From the NCBI GenBank assembly GCA_964529025.1, contig CAZGUZ010000003.1, forward strand, positions 22,368 through 86,367: a stretch of DNA of 64,000 nucleotides, written 5' to 3'. Within the stretch, counting starts at the first letter, position 1, and every line of letters starts with the position of its first letter. Positions 57,761 through 64,000 of the stretch are shown piece after piece. The notes under the pieces were generated by a model. That model was given only the letters and a program-made list of their open reading frames with translations. It did not search any database and was not told the DNA's origin. The translations under genes were made by a program, and so were the position numbers. Source of the DNA: an uncultured Candidatus Saccharibacteria bacterium. GTDB taxonomy: Bacteria; Patescibacteriota; Minisyncoccia; Phycocordibacterales; PALSA-1337.

Positions 57761-57883
57761 ATGATGACTAAGAGAAAACTACCAAATGGGACGCGAAGGC
57801 GTTCCATTTGTTTTTGTTTGGTGTTGTGCGGTTTGATGTTGTGTTTGTGCTTTATTAACCACATAAGTTTTATTTTTTTATGA
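57761..57883 (+). CDS. 40-aa Cys-rich hydrophobic micro-protein MMTKRKLPNGTRRRSICFCLVLCGLMLCLCFINHISFIFL
   Basis: A strong SD AAGGAGGGGAG sits 8 nt upstream. The TGA stop overlaps the ATG of the next gene (ATGA). The protein has a basic N-terminus and a TM helix with 6 Cys. It is absent from the ORF track because it is under 60 aa. Confidence 0.4.
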   Translation: MMTKRKLPNGTRRRSICFCLVLCGLMLCLCFINHISFIFL

Positions 57884-59079
57884 ATCACGATCATCCAGTT
57901 GTTAAAAAGATGTTAGAAGGATGGGCGCTCTCTGTTGCGCTTATTCTTGTTTTCTATGCAGGTTACGGAATTGGTGCCTATGAAAGAGAGATTGAAGCTG
58001 AAGCAGCTCAAACCGCCGCTTCATACAATGCTATCTTTCGTTTAATGGGAGCAGGGGTTCCAGCAACAACAACTGCTACATCAACCGGCTCAGCCACAAC
58101 AACTCCAACAGCTACAACAACAAAAGCTGTGTCTCAGGCTATTCTTTCTGTTAAGACAGATAAGAGTGAGTATCCTCGCAATGCCGACGTTAAAGTGGAG
58201 TGGAAAACAAAGGTTGCTCCACAAAAGGGAATGATTGCTGAGCTCATTGATATGAAAGATCGATCAGTGGTTCAGTTTGAAAGAATTGATTCAAAAACAA
58301 ATTCAGGAAGCTTTGGTTTTATTCTTGATCCAAAGAAGACCGATGAAGATGTTTTTAGAATTCGAATAAAGGATATTGCTTCAGGTGTTACAGCAATATC
58401 AAATAAGTTCTTGATGACAGCTCAGTCTTTAGTAAGTACACGTGTTATTGGTAAGCCGACGTTCTACTATGGATATGAAGGTCAAACAACAGGACCAGAA
58501 ACAGTTTCTGTTTCATACAAAGTAAATTTTACTAACAATGATAGTGTGCCTGTATATTTCTCAAAGGTATACAAAGATTTCTCAAATATTAAAGTAAGTC
58601 GAAGTAGTAATGAAGGTGATATAAAGACTTTCAATCCAGCAGACTTTAAGGGTGGATTTGTAAGTGTGCGACATGAGTGCGAAGGGGATACTCTTTATTC
58701 AACAAAATTTGATGTACTTAAGCCGGGCAAGACAATGACTTGTTATATTACTGTGGCAGCAGCGGGTTCACAGTTAACTATGAACGGTCACTACTTCATG
58801 CGCTTAGCTATTGAAGGTTTCAACTTTCAGAAGAGTATGACAAGTGTGTCACCAGTTATTGTAGTTAAGCCAACAGCTCCAATGACTCTTGATGTAACTC
58901 AAGATAAAATATTGAGTAAGACTACTTCACAAGAAAAGGTTGCACAAGTTGCAATTGATCGTGTTGCTGTAGAACAAACTGCAAACAGCCTCTCTGCTGC
59001 GCAGTCATTACTTACAGCAAGTGTTTTGCCAGGGTTGTCAGTCATTGCAGAAGGGGTGCTCGCAATGCTTAAGAAATAA
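57880..59079 (+). CDS. Membrane-anchored protein with Thr-rich linker and beta-rich ectodomain, hypothetical (pilus-operon-linked)
   Basis: N-terminal TM and a TTTATSTGSATTTPTATTT linker; 399 aa. Confidence 0.5.
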   Translation: MNHDHPVVKKMLEGWALSVALILVFYAGYGIGAYEREIEAEAAQTAASYNAIFRLMGAGVPATTTATSTGSATTTPTATTTKAVSQAILSVKTDKSEYPRNADVKVEWKTKVAPQKGMIAELIDMKDRSVVQFERIDSKTNSGSFGFILDPKKTDEDVFRIRIKDIASGVTAISNKFLMTAQSLVSTRVIGKPTFYYGYEGQTTGPETVSVSYKVNFTNNDSVPVYFSKVYKDFSNIKVSRSSNEGDIKTFNPADFKGGFVSVRHECEGDTLYSTKFDVLKPGKTMTCYITVAAAGSQLTMNGHYFMRLAIEGFNFQKSMTSVSPVIVVKPTAPMTLDVTQDKILSKTTSQEKVAQVAIDRVAVEQTANSLSAAQSLLTASVLPGLSVIAEGVLAMLKK

Positions 59080-59107
59080 TAAAGTATTAATGTGAGTAAA
59101 TTCTGAT

Positions 59108-59866
59108 ATGAAAAAACTGATCATCGGTAATTGGAAAATGAATCCTGATACGAAAGTTGAAGCACAGCGAATTATTGCTGCAGTTAAAAAAGCAGCAACA
59201 AAGCTTGCTCGTACGTCCGTGGTGTTGTGCCCTCCATTCGTCTATATGCCTTTGGTGGCGGGAAAGGGTACATCACTGGTAGCGCTTGGTGCGCAGGACG
59301 TAGCACCAGAGGTTCAGGGTTCATACACCGGTGAGGTAAGTGCCAATATGTTGCGCGATAGTGGTGCTGCGTATGTCATTATTGGCCATTCAGAACGTCG
59401 AGCAATGGGCGAGACAGATGAGTCAATCTCTCGAAAAGTTGCTCGTGCACTCGAAGCAGGTGTGTCACCAGTCCTTTGTGTGGGTGAGAAAACCCACGAT
59501 TCAGAAGGATTGTATATGGAGGAGTTACGCCTCCAGATTCGACATTCTCTTTCGGGAATTGAGCGAAAAGACGCTCATAAGATTATTGTTGCGTATGAAC
59601 CAGTATGGGCAATTGGAGCCAAAGAAGCAATGACTCCAGCAAACATATTGGAAACAACAATATTTGTGCGCAAAACTTTGTCTGATATTTTTGGACAAGA
59701 TAAAGCGCTTAAGATTCCAGTTCTCTACGGCGGTTCTGTGAACTTTAAAAATGCCGGCGAGATTGTGGATCTTGGAAAAGTCGATGGACTCCTTGTAGGA
59801 AGGGAGAGTATAAATCCACCTGGGTTTGTAGAATTGCTTAAGGTGGTAGAAGCATTATCAAAATAA
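59108..59866 (+). CDS. tpiA: Triosephosphate isomerase
   Basis: IIGNWKMN, catalytic AYEPVWAIG and GGSV motifs. Confidence 0.95.
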   Translation: MKKLIIGNWKMNPDTKVEAQRIIAAVKKAATKLARTSVVLCPPFVYMPLVAGKGTSLVALGAQDVAPEVQGSYTGEVSANMLRDSGAAYVIIGHSERRAMGETDESISRKVARALEAGVSPVLCVGEKTHDSEGLYMEELRLQIRHSLSGIERKDAHKIIVAYEPVWAIGAKEAMTPANILETTIFVRKTLSDIFGQDKALKIPVLYGGSVNFKNAGEIVDLGKVDGLLVGRESINPPGFVELLKVVEALSK

Positions 59867-59888
59867 TAATAGCGCGTACGGTAACGAT

Positions 59889-61022
59889 ATGAAAACCATT
59901 CGAGACATAGCACATATAGATGGGGTAAAGGTATTACTTCGCCTTGATCTTAACGTGCCTATCGAACACGGAGCTGTTGCGGACGATTTCCGCATCAGAA
60001 AATCTTTGCCGACGCTTAAGTGGCTTCGTACACGCGGTGCAAAAACAATCATCGTGAGCCATATAGAAGGGCCAGGGAACAGTGAGGATTCACTCGAACC
60101 TATTGCTCGCTATTTAGAAAAACAAGGTCACCCTGTAGTGTTTATAAAAAATTATCGTACAGCAATGGAGCATATTGCACGTATGAATAATGGTGACGTT
60201 GTGCTTCTTGAGAACCTTCGCTTACACGAAGGAGAAAAGAAGAATTCTGCTGAATTTGCACAAGAGTTAGCGTCATTAGCCGACATCTATGTAAATGAAG
60301 CGTTTTCTGTATCTCATCGAAAACATGCATCAGTCGCGGCAATTACTGGTTTCTTGCCAAGCTATGCAGGCCTCTTATTCGACGAAGAGGTTAAAAATCT
60401 GAGTGTTGCTTTTCACCCTCAGAGACCGTTCCTATTTATTTTAGGGGGCGCTAAGTTTGAGACCAAGATCCCGCTTATTGAAAAGTTTATGGAGTCTGCA
60501 GACACAGTGTTTGTAGGTGGTGCGCTCTCAAATAATTTTTTCAAAGAGCAGGGTAAGGAAATTGGACTCTCAACAGTCTCTCAACAAGACTACAATTTAA
60601 AGCGCTATTTTAATTCTCCGAAGCTCATGCTTCCTATCGATGTGGTGGTAGTGAAGGATGGCATTCGTAGCGTTAAGCGTGTCGATGATTTGAGTCCAGA
60701 AGATTCAATCATGGATGCAGGCCCCGAAACAATGGCTGCATTAAAAAAGAAAATTAATGCTTCTCGTTCTGTGTTATGGAATGGCCCACTTGGACTCTAT
60801 CAAGATGGGTATAAACAACCAACGCTCGATCTTGCAACAATGATTGCAGATAGTGGAGCTCAATCAGTGGTAGGTGGTGGGGATACCCTGGCTGCAATAG
60901 CAGAACTGGGTATTGAAGATAAGCTAAGCTTTGTATCTACTGGTGGTGGTGCAACGCTCGATTTCTTGGCAAATGAAACATTGCCTGGAATAGAAGCCTT
61001 AAAATCAAATTCAATCTCTTAA
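59889..61022 (+). CDS. pgk: Phosphoglycerate kinase
   Basis: VLLRLDLNVP N-terminus, GGGDT and further PGK signatures; 377 aa. Confidence 0.95.
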   Translation: MKTIRDIAHIDGVKVLLRLDLNVPIEHGAVADDFRIRKSLPTLKWLRTRGAKTIIVSHIEGPGNSEDSLEPIARYLEKQGHPVVFIKNYRTAMEHIARMNNGDVVLLENLRLHEGEKKNSAEFAQELASLADIYVNEAFSVSHRKHASVAAITGFLPSYAGLLFDEEVKNLSVAFHPQRPFLFILGGAKFETKIPLIEKFMESADTVFVGGALSNNFFKEQGKEIGLSTVSQQDYNLKRYFNSPKLMLPIDVVVVKDGIRSVKRVDDLSPEDSIMDAGPETMAALKKKINASRSVLWNGPLGLYQDGYKQPTLDLATMIADSGAQSVVGGGDTLAAIAELGIEDKLSFVSTGGGATLDFLANETLPGIEALKSNSIS

Positions 61023-61040
61023 CCAATGTAATTTATTATC

Positions 61041-61068
61041 AAAACAAAAACCGCGAAAGCGGTTTTTG
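61041..61068. terminator. Bidirectional rho-independent terminator (AACCGCG-AAA-GCGGTT with A/T flanks) between pgk (+) and the HIT gene (-)
   Basis: Read directly from the sequence. Confidence 0.6.
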
Positions 61069-61079
61069 TATGTCTGTTT

Positions 61080-61445
61080 TTATTTAAGCTCAGCGAGTAT
61101 CTTTTGTTTATTTCCTTCAAAGTCTTGAGGATCTCCGTGTGGTGAGTGTGGGTTAGGGTATATCCAAACATGGGCATGATGAACTTCTTCGCCAACTATT
61201 TTAGAATGTATTGCTTCAATACCAAAAGCTTTTTGTTGAGCAAGGGCAATTTTTTGAACCACTTCAAAATACTTTCCGATATTCGGTGTATCCCATACCC
61301 AGCGCAAATGTTGTTTAGGAATCACAAGCGTATGCCCAGGTGACAGCGGTCGAATATCAAGAAAAGCAATAAAATCATTATCCTCATAGATAATGTGACT
61401 CGGTATTGTTCGTGCAATTATTTTACAGAAAACACAATCGTTCAT
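61080..61445 (-). CDS. HIT-family (histidine triad) nucleotide hydrolase
   Basis: MNDCVFCKI N-terminus and the histidine triad HHAHVWIYP. The start is set at the MND ATG; the ORF-track start is 6 codons further upstream. Confidence 0.85.
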   Translation of the reverse strand: MNDCVFCKIIARTIPSHIIYEDNDFIAFLDIRPLSPGHTLVIPKQHLRWVWDTPNIGKYFEVVQKIALAQQKAFGIEAIHSKIVGEEVHHAHVWIYPNPHSPHGDPQDFEGNKQKILAELK

Positions 61446-61488
61446 AATGCTAGTATATCGCATTCATAGAGAGTGGTATACTCGTTCC

Positions 61489-63252
61489 ATGAAGTTTAAC
61501 TACGAGCTCCACCCTCAACTTTCACCTGACGATCTTAAGGCATATGGGTCACTACATCCACTCTCGGCGCAGCTTCTTGCTAACCGTGGAGTGCCAGCAG
61601 AAAAAGCTCGCGCTTTTATTGAGCCTCACTATGAAATGCATACGCATGATCCACTCTTGCTCAAAGATGCAGTTAAAGCTGCTGAGCGTATAATTCGTGC
61701 AATTGAAAATAAAGAAAAAATAGTTATCTATACCGACTATGATACCGACGGAATTCCTGGTGGAGCGATGTTTGCAGATTTCTTTTCTCGTATTGGATAT
61801 ACAAATTTTATTAATTATATTCCGCACCGACACAATGAAGGTTTTGGTTTCCACGCACATACCATAGAAGAGTTTGCAAAAAATAGTGTGAGTCTCATCA
61901 TAACTGTTGATTGCGGCATCACTGATGTTGATGCAACTGCAGCAGCTCAAGCTCAGGGTATTGATGTAATTATTACCGATCACCATTTACCTCACGGAGA
62001 AATTCCTCAAGCATATGCAATTGTAAATCCGCAGCAAGATTCTTGTTCGTATCCCGAAAAGATTTTATGCGGAACAGGAGTCGCTTTTAAACTCATTCAA
62101 GCAATTATTAAAGTAAGAACTGATAAAAAACTTGAGCACGTTTTTGCGTGGAAAGAGGGTCATGAAAAATGGCTCCTTGATTTAGTTGCAATTGCAACAC
62201 TTTCAGATATGGTTCCGCTTGTCGGAGAGAATCGTGTTCTTGCAAAATACGGTCTTAAGGTTTTAAGAAAAAGTCCTCGACTTGGTTTGCGTAGTCTTTT
62301 TACAAAAGCTGGCACGCCGCTCGCACATGCAACTGAGGATGATATTGGTTTTACTCTTGGGCCACGCATTAATGCTGCTTCACGCATGGGTGTGCCCATG
62401 GATGCTTTTACCATGCTCCGCGCAACTGAACAGGATGAAGCAAATAATGCAGTTGCACATTTAGAGAAAATTAATAGTGAGCGTAAGGTTGCCGTTGCGC
62501 ACATTGCTCGCGAGCTTAAAAAAGTTTTAGCTGATCGTGGTGTCGACTTGAATAATCCACCAAAAGTTATTGTTGCGGGCAATCCACACTGGCGTCCTTC
62601 TTTACTTGGTCTTGTTGCAAACTCACTTGTCGATGAAACAGGTTCCGCAGTGTTTTTGTGGGGCCGCGATGGAGAAGGTTTCATAAAGGGTTCGTGTCGC
62701 GGAAACGGGGAAATGAGCATTGTGGAACTCATGGAAAATGCCATACCTACTCCCTTCCTCGGCTTCGGGGGACATGCGGTATCTGGCGGTTTTACAGTTG
62801 ATCTTGAGCATGTTCACTTGCTCGAAGTGCTCCTCAAAGAGTCGTACGAAAAGATTAATGCAAGGAATCAAGCCGTAGATTCTCATGCCGGCATTGTTCG
62901 AGTTAAAAATGTTGATACGGTTTTACCCATTGAAACAATTTCGTGGAACACATTTGCAGCTGTCGATGCACTGTCCCCCTTCGGCATGGGTAATTCGAAA
63001 CCAATTTTTAGAATACCCAATGTTTCACCAATAGAGGTGCGAGCCTTTGGAAAAGAAAAGAACCATACAGAACTTAAGTTTTCTCATGGTAGGGGTAGTC
63101 TTGCAGCAATTGCCTTTTTTGTGAAACCAGAAGATTGGGAAAAGAGCCTTGGCCGTACGTTACACAGCAATTTAGATCTAATTGCCCACCTTGAGAAATC
63201 AGTTTTTAGAGGCAGGCCAGAGCTAAGGCTGAGAATAATTGATATACTATAG
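61489..63252 (+). CDS. recJ: Single-stranded-DNA-specific exonuclease RecJ
   Basis: DHH motifs (DYDTDG, ITDHH) and a DHHA1 region with GGH. The start is set at MKFNYEL; an alternative ATG at 61447 would leave no divergent promoter space. Confidence 0.85.
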   Translation: MKFNYELHPQLSPDDLKAYGSLHPLSAQLLANRGVPAEKARAFIEPHYEMHTHDPLLLKDAVKAAERIIRAIENKEKIVIYTDYDTDGIPGGAMFADFFSRIGYTNFINYIPHRHNEGFGFHAHTIEEFAKNSVSLIITVDCGITDVDATAAAQAQGIDVIITDHHLPHGEIPQAYAIVNPQQDSCSYPEKILCGTGVAFKLIQAIIKVRTDKKLEHVFAWKEGHEKWLLDLVAIATLSDMVPLVGENRVLAKYGLKVLRKSPRLGLRSLFTKAGTPLAHATEDDIGFTLGPRINAASRMGVPMDAFTMLRATEQDEANNAVAHLEKINSERKVAVAHIARELKKVLADRGVDLNNPPKVIVAGNPHWRPSLLGLVANSLVDETGSAVFLWGRDGEGFIKGSCRGNGEMSIVELMENAIPTPFLGFGGHAVSGGFTVDLEHVHLLEVLLKESYEKINARNQAVDSHAGIVRVKNVDTVLPIETISWNTFAAVDALSPFGMGNSKPIFRIPNVSPIEVRAFGKEKNHTELKFSHGRGSLAAIAFFVKPEDWEKSLGRTLHSNLDLIAHLEKSVFRGRPELRLRIIDIL

Positions 63253-63254
63253 AA

Positions 63255-63968
63255 ATGAAATTTCGAATATTTTCTGATGGTTCTTCACGGGGTAATCCTG
63301 GACCAGGTGGTTGGGCAGCAATAGTGTGCGGTGATACATCTATACAAGAGCTCGGTGGCTATGATGTGCACACAACAAATAATCGAATGGAGCTTAGTGC
63401 TGCCATACACGGTTTGCATGCAACTCCGCGGGCAAGTTCTGTAGAAATAATTACAGACTCATCATATGTTCTTAAGGGAATGAAAGAGTGGCTTTCAGGA
63501 TGGGAAGAGCGTAATTGGAAGACTCGAACAGGTGAAGATGTTGTTAATCGTGATTTATGGGAAACGCTTGCATCTCTCGTGCGAGCACGAACGGTAAGCT
63601 GGGTTCAAGTTAAAGGTCATGCTGGAAACCCTGGCAATGAACGCTGTGATGAAATTGCGACAGGGTATGCACTACAAAAAAAAGTTGAGCTTTATTCAGG
63701 ACCTCGAGAGGGTTATTCTATCGATGTTGTGACGGTTGTAACAGAGGGTTCACGGGCCTCGAGTTCATCTTCAAAGTCTTCATCTAAATCACGACCAGCA
63801 TATTCGTATGTAAGTATGGTGAATGGTGACATTCAAACCCATGCAACTTGGGCTGAGTGTGAGCGTAGGGTAAAGGGAGTCTCTGGTGCACGATTCAAAA
63901 AAGCAATTTCTGAGTCCGAAGAAACCCTTATAATTTCTGAGTATAAAAAAGTTATGAAGAAATTATGA
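63255..63968 (+). CDS. rnhA: Ribonuclease HI with C-terminal hybrid-binding (HBD/viroplasmin-like) domain
   Basis: RNase H core (SDGSSRGNPGPGGWAAIV, DSSYV, GHAGNPGNERCDE). After a Ser-rich linker, the C-terminus YSYVSMVNGDIQTHATWAECERRVKGVSGARFKKAIS fits the HBD consensus (Y.V..G...Gi...W.ec...v.G..ga.fKkF). Confidence 0.85.
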   Translation: MKFRIFSDGSSRGNPGPGGWAAIVCGDTSIQELGGYDVHTTNNRMELSAAIHGLHATPRASSVEIITDSSYVLKGMKEWLSGWEERNWKTRTGEDVVNRDLWETLASLVRARTVSWVQVKGHAGNPGNERCDEIATGYALQKKVELYSGPREGYSIDVVTVVTEGSRASSSSSKSSSKSRPAYSYVSMVNGDIQTHATWAECERRVKGVSGARFKKAISESEETLIISEYKKVMKKL

Positions 63969-64000
63969 ATTTTTTGAAGATTTTCTTATTTCCTTTTGAG

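Noticed and set aside
62160-62744. 194-aa minus-strand ORF inside recJ
   Set aside because: It is antisense to the conserved DHH/DHHA1 coding sequence.
1-64000. Use of an alternative genetic code (UGA recoding, as in some CPR lineages)
   Set aside because: All housekeeping genes give full-length, motif-complete proteins with the standard code, and none shows in-frame UGA interruptions.

Overview
This window looks like a chromosomal segment from a small, moderately AT-rich bacterial genome of the reduced-genome, Candidate-Phyla-Radiation / Patescibacteria-like kind. That placement is an inference from gene content, not a measurement. The standard genetic code fits all long ORFs. Genes are densely packed, housekeeping proteins are compact, and there are no rRNAs, CRISPR arrays or obvious transposases.

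Housekeeping content:
- The replication-origin neighbourhood is present: dnaA, dnaN and a DciA-like gene on the minus strand, with rpmH, rnpA and yidC divergent from dnaA. DnaA boxes sit in the dnaA-dnaN spacer.
- Other core genes: ruvB, a YebC-like gene, ruvC, tyrS, a class A PBP, rsmA, pcrA, comM, pnp, rpsO, xerC/D, xth, cca, hup, rny, clpP, rsmE, tig, ppa, nusA, tpiA, pgk, a HIT-family gene, recJ, rnhA, and four tRNAs (Arg, Gly, Pro, Gly).

Two surface-machinery islands stand out:
- 12.7-25.6 kb (minus strand): an 11-gene tightly coupled operon encoding a minimal Gram-positive-type (PrgI/PrgJ-like) type IV secretion-like apparatus. It contains a VirB4 ATPase apparently split into two ORFs, a PrgI/VirB3-like protein, a VirB6-like polytopic protein with a coiled-coil tail, a TrbC/VirB2-like pilin-domain fusion and several secreted proteins of unknown function. 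No relaxase, coupling protein or VirB8-11 homologues are present.
- 50.8-59.1 kb (plus strand): a type IV pilus module with PilB, PilC, two prepilin-type proteins (one 601 aa), a PilX-like protein and a 40-aa Cys-rich hydrophobic micro-ORF. A second PilB/GspE paralogue is cut by the window start.

Other notable items:
- An 86-bp tandem repeat with a 26-bp inverted repeat lies upstream of pilB and nusA.
- A protein built from about 22 heptad GDxSxIx repeats sits next to xerC.
- A promoter-driven structured intergenic RNA candidate at 38.9-39.2 kb may be the RNase P RNA.
- Also present: a hyper-acidic 66-aa protein, an RNase HI with a C-terminal hybrid-binding domain, and perfect DnaA boxes scattered at several intergenic promoters.
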